From NCBI RefSeq assembly GCF_006345805.1, contig NC_042998.1:159030001-159094000 (forward strand): a stretch of 64,000 nt of DNA. Direction: 5' to 3'. The notes under the pieces were generated by a model. It did not search any database, was not told the DNA's origin, and saw only the letters and a program-made list of their open reading frames with translations. Made by a program: the position numbers and the translations under genes. Source of the stretch: Octopus sinensis. Taxonomy: Eukaryota. Shown here piece by piece: positions 26,625 through 39,321 of the stretch; position 1 is the first letter of the stretch, and every line of letters starts with the position of its first letter.

Positions 26625-26662
26625 TCTTTCTGTCGAAGAGCGTAGGCTCGAAACGTAAAAGA
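26625..26662 (+). ncRNA. Minimal type I hammerhead-like motif in a Penelope-type tail (26544-26750)
   Basis: TCTTT-CTGTCGA-A-GAGC gtag GCTC-GAAA-CG-TA-AAAGA: 5-bp stem I, 4-bp stem II, palindromic ACGT stem III; core position A6 is T. Confidence 0.6.
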
Positions 26663-26753
26663 CTTGTTCTATTCCTGAGCGCTATACTAATGCATTTGTT
26701 TGTTTGTACTCCATCTGCCTTCGTCTTTTGTTTATTTTCGTAAACTTTCCATT

Positions 26754-26786
<33 letters not shown>

Positions 26787-26789
26787 ATA

Positions 26790-28380
26790 TAGTAGTAACA
26801 GAGAGAAATTTTGATTATCCCCACGTGGTGAGTTGTAATGTATATAAGAAATTGAAAAGGAAAATACGCACACTTAGTTTTAAGATAATTTTTAATATAT
26901 CGACCGGTTTCGCTATCGCTATTCATGATATTGTTTTACTTATTTGAATATGTATTTTTTCTTAAGAAGAAATTTTATCCATGTTGTGTGTGATGATATT
27001 TACGAATGAATGACTCCACAAGCAGATAAATAAGGGGAGGTAATTGTTTATCGTTATTATTGTTATTGTTGTGGGTAAGGAAGATAACTGTTCAGCTTTC
27101 GGTATTGGGAGGGGAATATATGTGTACAGACGAAAACGTTTTGAAAACCTTGTTTAGTGAGGGGATTTGTGTACAGTGATGTAATCGTGAATTGAAATAT
27201 GTAAAGGGATAAAAGTTGGTTTTGCGTGCATATTAAGACGTGTTCTGTAGTTTTCAATGAAAAAAGTTTCTTTATTTAAACGTTCTTGTGGAGATATTGA
27301 GTCTTTGCACTGGTAGAAGGGGAAGACTGTGAAATGTGGTTTGATGTTATCTGCACATTTTTCTAGATGTTCACTGAGATTTGCTGGAAACGGATTTGCT
27401 CTTTATGTAGAGTCGTTCTCTTTCTCAAGGTCATACTCATTTATCCAATATATTTGTGTCCGCAACCCGAGCAGGTTATTACATAAATTAGGTCCTTAGA
27501 GACACAAGTGAAACTAGTTTTAATTGTGAACCTCTCTCCTTGTTTGAAAAGGAAATCCGAGCCTTCAAGTAGGTTGGGGCAGGTTCCACAGTTTGGGCAT
27601 CCACATTTTTCAACCGTTGGTTTCGTGCTTGTTTTGTAAAGCTTCGCATTTGTTAGTAGTCTCTTTAGCGATTTGTCTTGTTTTTTTTAATTTGATGAGT
27701 TTGTGTTTTCAGGATATTGTTCATTTTTGGATCTCTAGTTAATAAAGGAAGATTTTGCACAATAGTGTTGAATGCCTCACTGTTTCTGGGGTTGTGTGTT
27801 GATATAAATAATAATGTTTTGAGATGAGGTGTGGTGTTATGTTTTGTTGTTCTTAGTGTTTTTATGTCTAATTGTTTGGCACATTTAATTCCCTCGTCGA
27901 AAAGTGAGGGTGGATATTGTCTTTCAGTTAGTGTTGTTCTGAGGTCTTGAAGACGAAGGTCCCAAGTTGTTCTATCAGACACTATTGTTCAAATCCCTTT
28001 TGCCAAATTGAAAGGGATATTTACTATGATGTGTTTCGGGTGGCATGAGTTAAGGAGGAGATATTGTTTTGAATGAGTTGGTTTATAATAAATGTCAGTT
28101 ATGATTTGATTGTTAACTTTTTTATCATGATGTCTAAAAATGGGAGTTGCTCTTTGTTATATTCCATTGTGAATTGAATGTTACTATTTATATCATTTAG
28201 TGTTGATTTGAAATGCAAAAGTTTGTCAATGTTCTCCTTCCAAATGATAAAGCAGTCATTTAGTTATATCTTCCAATTTTCTCTTATGTAGAGGCAAAAT
28301 GGGTAACAATATTTCTGAAGTGATACTTCATATAAGGTGAATTCAAAATAATCCATTATTAGGTTCGCAAGAACAGGGGC
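26790..28380 (-). mobile_element. Penelope-like retroelement, 5'-truncated (RT C-half + GIY-YIG endonuclease pseudogene + 3' tail)
   Basis: APVLANLIMDYFE, WKI*LNDCF (YxDD region), DIYYKPTHSKQYL..NSCHPKH, KCG..NCGTC, LIYVITCSGCGHKYIG; stops and frameshifts throughout. Confidence 0.9.
26897..26931 (-). ncRNA. Degenerate minimal hammerhead in the 3' tail of the Penelope element
   Basis: Sense strand ATATC-ATGAATA-GC gata GC-GAAA-CCGG-TC-GATAT: perfect 5-bp stem I, palindromic ACCGGT, GTC triplet; two core substitutions versus CTGANGA. Confidence 0.6.
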
Positions 28381-28892
28381 GTATGTATAAATATATATAA
28401 CTTATAAATAAGGAGAACCGAAAAGAATTCTAATGCTAAATGTGCCGAAATTAGACACATTGTCCATAACCTTTTTTGAGTAGCGTGCGTATTGTGAAAA
28501 AATTATAATGGTTATGGACAGCAAGCTGGCAGTGACGTTAGCGCGCCGGGCTAAATATTTGGCGGTTTTTGGCCTATGTTTAAATTTCGAGTTCAAATTC
28601 CTCCCAGGTCGCCTTCGCTTTTTATCCATTTCGAAGCAATTCAATTTGACGTACAGATTTTCTTAACGGCGATGCATCAGCATGGCCGCAGCTCTGAGCT
28701 GAAACTAGAGAAAAAAAAGTGTCTAAGTTCAGCACATTTGGCATTAGAAATTTTTTCGTTTGCCCTTATTTATAAGTTGTTTATAAGTTTAACCTTTAAA
28801 GGTATTTTTTAATATGCTGGCCTTTGATAAAACTTTTTTCGAAAGAATTTTATCCTACATTAAATATATATATATATATAATATATATTATA

Positions 28893-28935
<43 letters not shown>

Positions 28936-28942
28936 TATATAT

Positions 28943-28992
<50 letters not shown>

Positions 28993-28999
28993 ATAATAT

Positions 29000-29041
<42 letters not shown>

Positions 29042-29053
29042 ATATATATTACA

Positions 29054-29220
29054 TAGGCGCAGGAGTGGCTGTGTGGTAAGTAGCTTGCTAACCAACCACA
29101 TGGTTCCGGGTTCAGTCCCACTGCGTGGCATCTTGGGCAAGTGTCTTCTTCTATAGCCCCGGGCCGACTAATGCCTTGTGAGTGGATTTGGTAGACGGAA
29201 ACTGAAAGAAGCCTGTCGCA

Positions 29221-29287
<67 letters not shown>

Positions 29288-29451
29288 TGTGTGTGTGTTT
29301 GTGTGTCTGTGTTTGTCCCCCTAGCATTGCTTGACAACCGATGCTGGTGTGTTTACGTCCCCGTCACTTAGCGGTTCGGCAAAAAGAGACCGATAGAATA
29401 AGTACTGGGCTTAAAAAGAATAAGTCCCGGGGTCGATTTGCTCGACTAAAG
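29054..29451 (+). mobile_element. SINE family B lacking its last ~50 nt
   Basis: Near-identical to 1864-2230 up to GCTCGACTAAAG. Confidence 0.85.
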
Positions 29452-30116
29452 ATTAATAAATACATAAAAATATATTTATATAGTAACCCCTCTACATACT
29501 ATAAATTCTTTCCCATGCCCTTATAATTATAAGCTAAAATTAGTGATCATAACAAATCTATAAATACTTATCAAAATTTATAATATAACTATACATACGT
29601 ATACATAAATATATAAGAAAATATACATACATATACATATATATACATATATATATACATATATATATATATACATTTATACATACATATACATACACAT
29701 ATACACATACATACACACATACATTCATATACATATATACACACATATATAGACACACTTACAATCATACACATATGCACACTCATACATACATGTACAT
29801 ACATACAATACTCAATATATACACTTACACCAATATATACACACCCACACACATATATATATATACACACATCATCATATACACATATATGCATACACAC
29901 ACATATATTATAAATAAATAGATATATAAATGTCTATAATCATACTACAATACAAATATTTATGTATACGTATGTATAATCATACTATAAATTTTGATAA
30001 GTATTTATAGATTTGTTATGATCACTAATTTTAGCTTATAATTATAAGGGCATGGGAAATAATTTATAGTATGTAGAGGGGTTACTATATAAATTAATTT
30101 TTATGTATTTATTAAT
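29452..30116. repeat. ~160-bp inverted repeat (29452-29612 / 29956-30116) around a CA/TA-rich spacer
   Basis: ATATAGTAACCCCTCTACATACTATAAATT... is the reverse complement of AATTTATAGTATGTAGAGGGGTTACTATAT...; few mismatches. Confidence 0.9.
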
Positions 30117-31291
30117 ATTATAAGATTTTTAGAATATATTTAATAATTAGTGGTTTTTAATCATTTAAATCATTTAATTTATTTTGTATTAAGTTTCATT
30201 CATCATAGTTATTTTATTAATAAATATTATAGTATAGAGAGATTTTATTCATTATTTGCGAATTCATTCTTTTTACAATGATAAACATATAATTTTCCAT
30301 TCATAATCTTTAATAAACGTAGGTTCCTCACGCGTAATGAATTCATCAACAATTTATTCTTTTTTTTTGCTAATAACGTAATTCCATGAGTATTCTTATA
30401 AACGCTGTAAAAGACGTTTTTTGATTCAAAATTTTAGTTCATTGATTAAACCTCGCTAAGTTAAGTATGTATTTATTTAAGATCTTCAAATTGTAAATTT
30501 TAATATTGTATAAGCCTTTGTTTATGTAATGATCTAATTATCGTAATTTTCTATATTATTAGATATTAAATTTAAGTTTATTCGTAAGATATTTTTTAGT
30601 GATAGATTTGTTATTTGATAGCAAGCATACTAGGTGTATTAAGTTAGGCTTTGTATATACATGTTTTAATAGTATTAATTGTAGTTTTAAATTTATAATT
30701 AAATTAGATAAACTTTGATAAACTTAGATATGTTTCGACTAAAGATTGGTCTAGGCCATGTCTAATTTAATAGCATAACTTAGTTATTTCTTTAAATTTA
30801 TATTAGATAATTATTCCCATTCATAATTATATTTAGAGTACTTATAGTATTTATTCGATACTATATTACTAAGAATTGATTATTTCTAAAAGTATTTTAC
30901 ATAAGATTTCTGAAAGTCCGTTTAAGTTAGTTTATTTGTATTTTGAAATTAGCTATTTCATCTTTAAATATGAAAAATTAAATTTATTAGGTTTTTATTA
31001 TATACAATTATTTATAGAGATTATTTTAGATCTTGATTATAATATTTATATATATATTTTCATTGATAATTTATATATATTAGTCATTTTAAATATTTAT
31101 GTAATTAGATATAGATATTATGGGTTTCCTACCTTATAAATTATAACCTTATAAATTAAAATTAATACTTAACATTATAGTCGATTTGGATTTAATCATA
31201 TTTGATAATAGAGTTTATTATAAGTAAAATTATTATATTATATATATTATTTATATCTTAAAATTATTGATTATATTTTAGATATTTAAAC

Positions 31292-31355
31292 CACCTGATG
31301 AATGACTGTAACTCGAAAATTTAAAGAAATTAACAGCCATGAAACGATCGTAGTG
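31292..31355 (+). ncRNA. Type I hammerhead ribozyme candidate with intact core
   Basis: CAC-CTGATGA-ATGACTGT...ACAGCCAT-GAAA-CGATCG-TA-GTG: canonical CUGAUGA/GAAA/GUA, stem II 7 of 8 bp, palindromic stem III ACGATCGT, stem I 3 bp. Confidence 0.6.
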
Positions 31356-31570
31356 TTATATTAATTATTTTTTAAAAATAATTTTGTTATATATTTAAAT
31401 AATATAAATTAAATAATCTTATGTATTGGCTTAAGTTTTTCATTGTATGATTTGCCTAATAGTGGTTTTATCTCTAATTTAATATAATATAATATTTTAC
31501 TATAAAATTGGATTCAATCCTAAATCTGATTTTTCCCTGTAAGTTTGGATTTATTCCCTAATATTTATTA

Positions 31571-31648
<78 letters not shown>

Positions 31649-31726
31649 CATATACATATATATACATACATATATACATATACATATATATACATATATA
31701 TATATACATATACATATATACATACA

Positions 31727-31799
<73 letters not shown>

Positions 31800-31876
31800 C
31801 ATATACATATATATATATATATACACATATACATACATGTGCATATATATATATATACATGCATATATATGTCTCT

Positions 31877-31907
<31 letters not shown>

Positions 31908-31927
31908 TATATATATATATATACATG

Positions 31928-31969
<42 letters not shown>

Positions 31970-32441
31970 CTTTTCAGGATTAAATACAAAGAAAACAAAC
32001 AGGAAAATATGAGATACCTGTATATATATATTCAGAAAATGGAAAAAACCTAAGATCAACAAGCACACCAATTGGACCAGTTTATAGCTTATTATTTAAT
32101 ACAAAAACGGTCAAATAGGCACTAGGCTAGAGTTATAGTAAAGGGGTGGCAACTAGTACAGGTATTAGAAAGAATATATAAAAAAAACTGCTAAAAATAA
32201 TATTGGACATCATATACAGCAAATTGTGGTAATAATTAGATGTATACAGGTACCTAAGAAAATTCTATGCACTTATATTTGTTAGGAAAATTCTAACCTT
32301 AATTTAAGAGAAATCAAAGTTTCTAGCTTGTACACACTATTCTAAATATGTGCTTAGAAAATTTTATATGAGTATATATTTGTACATCTATGTATCCATT
32401 TATATGTGAGCATACATACATAAATACATACATACATATAC

Positions 32442-32492
<51 letters not shown>

Positions 32493-33182
32493 ATCGTATA
32501 TTTGTATATACATGCATGTATTTGTATACCTGGCTATATGTAGTTTGTATTTATCTGTAATGCTATATTTATATATGTCGTTATGCATATAGATATATAT
32601 ATGTGTATGTGTGTGTATGCATGTATATGTATGTGTACAACTATGTGTATCTATGTCTCAATATTTATGTGTACGTATATATATATATATACATGTATAT
32701 GTATCTATGCAGTTTTGTATATCTATGTGTATATTTTGGTTGTATACATCTATATATAGATATCTCTCTATATATATATGTGTGTATATGTATGTACATG
32801 TATGTATGTATGCATATATATATATGTGTGTGTGTGTGCATATATATAGAGATAGATATATTGATAGATAGACATGTATGTATGTGTGTATATGTATATG
32901 TACATCTTTAAGTTTTGTCATCTCAATCTATATAATAATGTTGAATTTGGAAAATTAATTTTTTAGTGGATTGTTTCAGAATTTTGAATCCTTTCTAGTG
33001 CAAATTCTTGTAGTTACTGTAAAATACCTAATTATATTACTAATTTAATATTAATTACATATTACAAATAAAATGTGTCCATTATACTAAATAATTCGTA
33101 TGTGTAAATATATTCATTTGATATTAATTAATTGATGATGATGATGAGGAGGAGGAGGAGGAGGATAATAATAATAATAATG

Positions 33183-33228
<46 letters not shown>

Positions 33229-33230
33229 TG

Positions 33231-33269
<39 letters not shown>

Positions 33270-33940
33270 GAAAAGTTTTAATTGACTTACTAATTTTAAT
33301 AACCACAATAATTATTATTATAGTTTTTTATAGTTTATAACTTGTATTATTATTACAACAATATTATTTTGTTACTTCTAAAAATAATTATATTAATCAT
33401 ATTTATCGAGGATCGGTACTTAATCCTTGTTCTTGTTTATATTACTTGATTTTCATTTACTGAGTTCTCCTTTCCATGATATAAGAATAATAATCCTTAT
33501 TTAAGTAACTTCAAATCTGGGTACTTCTAAAAAACTAGCAAAATTTTGATATCCATTATTACAGCCTAACTCTATATCTATGGGGTAATTTAGGTTTTAG
33601 GGATTGCAGCTCTAAGTTTATCTTCATATTTACTACGGAATTCTCCCTACGATAAATTAAGTTAACAAAGAATATTTTTACGAGCTATTTTCAGCAATCT
33701 TTTTATACCAATAACTTTAAATAAGTAGATGATTTCTTACATATTACCAATTTAATTATCAACTATATATTTTTAACACGTTTTATTACAGTTTCTAGAT
33801 CAAGTAAGAGCTTGATACTTAATTTATATACCTATATATTGTTGTTGTATGTTATTATAATAGCGAAAAAAAATTGTCTTCGATCTAAACGACTTTGGAT
33901 TAATATTGTTTGAGATGTATACATATATAATAATAATAAT

Positions 33941-34157
33941 GGAGGCGCAATGGCCCAGTGGTTAGGGCAGCGGACTTGCGGTCGGAGGATCGCGGTTTCG
34001 ATTCCCAGACCGGGCGTTGTGTGTGTTTATTGAGCGAAAACACCTAAAAGCTCCACGAGGCTCCGGCAGGGGATGGTGGTGATCCCTGCTGTACTCTTTC
34101 ACCACTCTAAAGGCGGTGCTCCAGCATGGCCGCAGTCAAATGACTGAAACAAGTACA
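33941..34157 (+). mobile_element. SINE family C 5' part joined to a family B 3' tail
   Basis: 33941-34106 is homologous to 2384-2550; from 34107 CTAAAGGCGGTGCTCCAGCATGGCCGCAGTCAAATGACTGAAACAAGT. Confidence 0.8.
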
Positions 34158-34607
34158 AAAAAAAAAAAAAATATTTTCGATAGTTGTAGATTCTATTGTC
34201 TTCGACCTAAACGAGTTTGGATTAATATTGTTTAAGATTGTTTGAGATATATTATATTGTTTAAGATTAATAATGTTTGAGATATATACATATATTTTCG
34301 ATAGTTGTAGATTCTAATTATTTTGTCCGTTATAATGTTGTTTTTTAATTGTAATTTCTATGTAGTTGAAAAGTTAACGCTCGCACTCATAATACATAGG
34401 TTTTTAAATTAATTTTTTACAATCAAGCTGTTCTTTCACACGGAATTTCGTCTGTCTTTAAAACTTGGCTCTGATGAGACTTATATAAGTGAATTAAATT
34501 ATATACCTTGACATCCTTGTTACTGATTTGCCTTTTATTCACATTCGAGCTGTGAGGATATTACCGGACAGACTTGGTGCTTCAACTTAAGTACCTAATT
34601 CAACTGA

Positions 34608-34645
<38 letters not shown>

Positions 34646-34987
34646 CAGTTGCGGTACAAATGTTCAGAACGGCATTGTTTTCGTCAGAAAAGTAGGTATA
34701 AGTTTTTATCAAAGTTGTTTTATATTCTATAATTTTCACAGACAATAAATACGATATTATTTGTTATTGTCTGAGATTTGGGTGTAATTTGAGAGGATAA
34801 TACAAACGTTATGGATGATTTAGTGATTTACTGCAAAACCCATAGCGGCCAAAATGATCAGAACGGTTGCTTTTACTTCATGTTGTAGTATATTTAACCG
34901 GCGAACTCTAATGTTTTGAATTTGTTTACGTGACGGTTCGTTTACTAAACATTAGTAAGAATATCCGCAGTGTACTTTGTTAATATA

Positions 34988-36335
34988 ATGCCACTTACTC
35001 CGTTACCAATTCGTCAGCAGATTATTAAGCTTCGAAAGAAGGATAATTTAAGTATTGGGTCTATTGCAAAGATTGTTAACAAGTGTTGCTAACGGTATTC
35101 TTAAGATCTACGGTGGTTGTGGTTTGTGTGAAGCAAGGAGGTCTACAGGTAGGCCAAGATAAACGACCAATAGAGAAGATCGTGCCATGGTAAAGTTGGT
35201 TAAAAAGGACAGATTTAAAACTGCTGCTGCTGTTTCTCGGGAAATGAGCATTGTACTGAAGAAACTTTACCTCGAAAAACTGTGACTCGTCGTTTAGTTG
35301 AACATGACCTACAAGCAAGAGCACCTGCAGTGAAGCCACTGATCAGCTCCAAGATTAAAAAGTGTCGTCTTACCTTTGCAACCGAACATGTGTTGTGGTC
35401 TCAAGAGAAATGGCAAACGGTGCATTTCAGTAATGAATCTAAGTTTATGTTATTTGGCGTGAGGGCGCGTGGCTTAGTGGTTAGGGCATTCGGCTCATGA
35501 TCGTAAGGTTGTGAGTTCGATTCCCGGCGACGCGTTGTGTCCTTGAGCAAGACACTTTATTTCACGTTGTTCCAGTCCACTCAGCTGGCAAAAATGAGTT
35601 GTACTTGTATTTCAAAGGGTCAGCCTTGTCACTCTCTGTGTCACGCTGATTATCCCCGAGAACTACCTTAAGGGTACACGTGTCTGTGGAATGCTCAGCC
35701 ATTTGCACGTTAATTTCACGAGCAAGCTGTTCCGTTGATCGTATCAGCTGGGACCCTCGTCGTCGTAACCGGCGGAGTCTTTAAGAATGTTATTTGGCGC
35801 AGATGGGAAAAGGTACGTTCGTCGAAAAGTAGGTGAAAAATTGTCGCCTAAATGCCTTAAGACTAGTGTTAAATTCGGTGGAGGAAGTGTCATGGTTTGG
35901 GAGATGATATCTGGAGATGGTGTGGGCCCTTTGGTGCGATTACATGGAAAGGTAAATTCAGGAGTTTATAAACAACTTGTAAAAGATCATGTCTTGCCTG
36001 TACTGAGAAATTCAACAAAGCGACCACCCATATTCATGCAGGACAATGCCCCATGTCACAAGGCTAAGGTGGTCATGAACTTCCTCAAGGCTGAAAAGGT
36101 TATTTTTATGGATTGGCCTGCTCAAAGCCCAGATCTCAATCCTATTGAAAATGTGTGGAATATTCTAGGAGAACGTTCGAAAGCCAGAAATCCTAAAACA
36201 ACAGAGCAATTATGGAATGCCCTTCAGGAAGAATGGAATAAGATTACCCAGCAAGAAATTGAAAATTTAATTTCCTCATGCAGTTGAAGATGTCAAAGTG
36301 TGATTGAAGCTAAAGGGCTTCACACTAAATATTAA
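34988..36335 (+). pseudogene. DD34E Tc1 transposase pseudogene interrupted by a SINE
   Basis: GRPR, FSNESKF (first D to N), VKFGGGSVMVW, FMQDNAPCH, WPAQSPDLNPIEN with 34-residue spacing; frameshifts in the N-terminal part and a premature TGA at 36285-36287. Confidence 0.92.
35460..35786 (+). mobile_element. tRNA-derived CORE-like SINE (family E) with 13-bp TSD
   Basis: A-box TGGCTTAGTGG, B-box GTTCGATTC, GTGTCCTTGAGCAAGACACTT; TSD ATGTTATTTGGCG at 35447-35459 and 35787-35799. Confidence 0.9.
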
Positions 36336-36596
36336 GTAATTCCAGTATTCTCTATCATTTTTGATTATTTTGTTATTTTTTCAACCGCCATGGGTTTTGC
36401 AGTAAATCACTAAATCATTCATAACTTTTGCATTCTCCCCTCAAATTACACCAAAATCTCAGACAATAATAAATAATATTGTATTTATTGTCTGTGAAAA
36501 TTATAGAATATAAAACAACTTTGATAAAAAATTATACCTACTTTTCTGACAAAAACAATGCCGTTCTGTACATTTTGGCCGCAACTGTATATACAT

Positions 36597-36795
<199 letters not shown>

Positions 36796-39321
36796 ACATA
36801 TATATATATATATACATATATATGTATATATATACACATACATACATGTGTGTGTATATATATATGTCTGTGTGTGTGTATTTGTGTCTGTGTGTGTAAG
36901 CGCACATATGTGCATATATTACTCAGATACGCACGTGCACACACGTACAAGCACACACCTGTGTGTGTGTGTGTCTGTGAGTGAAGTTTTGTTCGATGGA
37001 ACAAAAATGTGAGCTTAGAATGAATTCACTGCTAATAATAGAGTAAAATATCTTCATTTAAACTTGAAACCTAGGCGGCTGTTTTAAGCGTCATTTTGTT
37101 ACTTTTAAAAAAATATGAAAATGGCTGGTGAAATATCCATTATATAGTTTTGATCATATTTGTGAGCTTGAGATTAACCGATTGCTTTAGCGGGAAATTA
37201 AACAGGAATAGTGTTAGAGTTATTAGGTTGGAAATAGTTTGAAGAAATATCAGTTTAATCAAGCGAAAGTACCAAAAATCGAATCGATAAAAAAAAATTA
37301 CACGTGTAAAAATTTAACATTGTCAAATGGAAGGAAATACATCGAGTGAACGTATTATTGTAAGAAAAGAAAATGTGGGTATTGTGTTTAATATTTAATT
37401 TTGTGATAGCTTTATGAGGAACAACCTAAAATAGAATTGATACAGTGAATAAAATAGCAAATTTAATAAGAAAATATATTTCTCCTGGTGTTTAACAGAA
37501 AAATATGAGTGTAAGAAAAAAATATGCTTGACTAGTCAAGTCTCCTTAATGAAAAATATTCGAAAAGATATTAGACTTTTCTGTGACATAGGATATCGTA
37601 AATAGAGACAAATTGATAAATAAATAAATATACAAGTAAACAGGACTTGCTGTCTATAAGAATATGGGGCTGTGATAAGGAACTATAAAAGTTAAATAAT
37701 GTGATAGAAGACACAAAAACTGCAGATCTAATCATATATACAAACAATGACCAGCACAAATATTGGTTATCAAAGAAAATATATTTATAAATAATACCAT
37801 ATTAAAGTAAATAAACAATACAAATTGGGGAACATGCATGTAGACATATGTTATTTATGGAACATATTCTATGACGTGGGAAAATATGTAGGAGAATACA
37901 AAGAATGGAAATTAATATCGGATTTGAAGATGAATAGATTGTGAAAATTATATATTTTTATAAAATATAATAAATTACTGTAATAAATTCTCAAGGGTAA
38001 TTTTAAAACATCTACTATTATATATTCTTTTATTCTTTTACATATTTTAGTCATTAGATTGTGGCCATGCTGGGGCAACACATTAAAAGTTTTAGTCGAC
38101 CAAAGCGGTTTCAAAACTTATTTAAAGTATGATACTTTTTCCATCAGTTTCTTTCTTGCCGAACCATTAGGTTAAGTAAAGGCATGCAAATCAATGTGTT
38201 GTCGAGCAGTGTGTAACAAACACAAGAGCGATATGTAGATACCATGAAAGAAAGAGAAAAGAAAGACGAAAATGGACAAAGTCAGCTTGGCGGAACAAAA
38301 ATCATGTTAATTTGTGCAAATATCGACGTGATGTTACGATCAAATTGAAGAAAACTATTGACATAATATCTTCCTGATTTCTCATCATTTTAATTCTACG
38401 ACATACGCATTCATCTTCCCTTTTGAAAAGTTTGCTTTCGTACCTGCTACTTTCGTTCTCCGCTATCTAAGAAGTGTTCTCCTTGCTTAAGAGCGAACGC
38501 CTCACAGACTACATAGACACACAATCTTCCCTAGTTTGTTTGTTTTGTTTTTCTTTTTACACTCCAGTCGAAAGTCTTCTATTTAATATCTTCTGTCACT
38601 TCACTCTGTTTTTGTCTTAGCCATACGAGCTAATATATTCTGTGCGCTTTTCGATAAGTCGACATACTTAACTACTTGTTAGAGTTTTTTTTTTTTTGCA
38701 ACTTTTCTTATATTTGTTCTCTTCCTCTCTTTTAGTCCTCTTCTTCTGCATCGTTTTGTCTTCACGGTGCTATTTCTAATTAGTGTTTGTTATAAATCTA
38801 CGCGACACTGAAGTGGGCATTCTTGTTGTTATTGTGCCGAAATTGCCTTGATTTTCAGTCAACGGTTGATGTGGAAAGATTCGATATATAAACTATGAAC
38901 TTCAACACAGCTTCAATCTATCTCATAACGTATTGGTTAACCCGGAGCTAGAGCAGAAGACCCTAATCCAAATTTCTGCAAAGTGGGGCTGGTCCCGAAA
39001 CCACGTGGTTCCAAAGCGAACTTTTTTAAGTACATAGCTGTACCTTCGTATTTCAGATATCTATTTACTCCTTATGAAGTTGCTAGGGGCAATGGTTCTG
39101 GTTTCTTCCATCAAAACAAAATGTGGAAGAAAGAAAAATTTCATTTAATTTACAATGTGATGTAAAGTTAAGAAAAGTATGCAAGTTGCAGGTGTTTAAT
39201 AATAAATTGGGAAAAAAGAATACTAACTGCTTATAGTTGTATAACAAAGAAAATATTCTATGTAGGTATCGTACTGAAATATCCGTGATGTTAAATACAT
39301 ATTACTATTTATTATTTGGAA

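Larger units (their letters stand above)
34646..36587 (+). mobile_element. Tc1-family DD34E transposon with ~203-bp TIRs and TA flanks
   Basis: TA|CAGTTGCGG... and ...CCGCAACTG|TA; TIRs 34646-34848 / 36385-36587; sits in (TA)n. Confidence 0.92.

Noticed and set aside
30117-31560. NUMT, or RIP-like CpA-to-TpA mutation, as the cause of the AT richness
   Set aside because: No mitochondrial gene or rRNA motif recognised; spot counts still showed CA and TG dinucleotides, so a RIP signature is not supported.
34471-34495. CTGATGA-G-ACTT atat AAGT-GAAT as a hammerhead
   Set aside because: GAAA box broken, and no stem I or palindromic stem III.
35460-35535. tRNA genes at SINE heads (here and at 1864, 2384, 33941)
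   Set aside because: A and B boxes are present but no complete cloverleaf; each continues into SINE body sequence.
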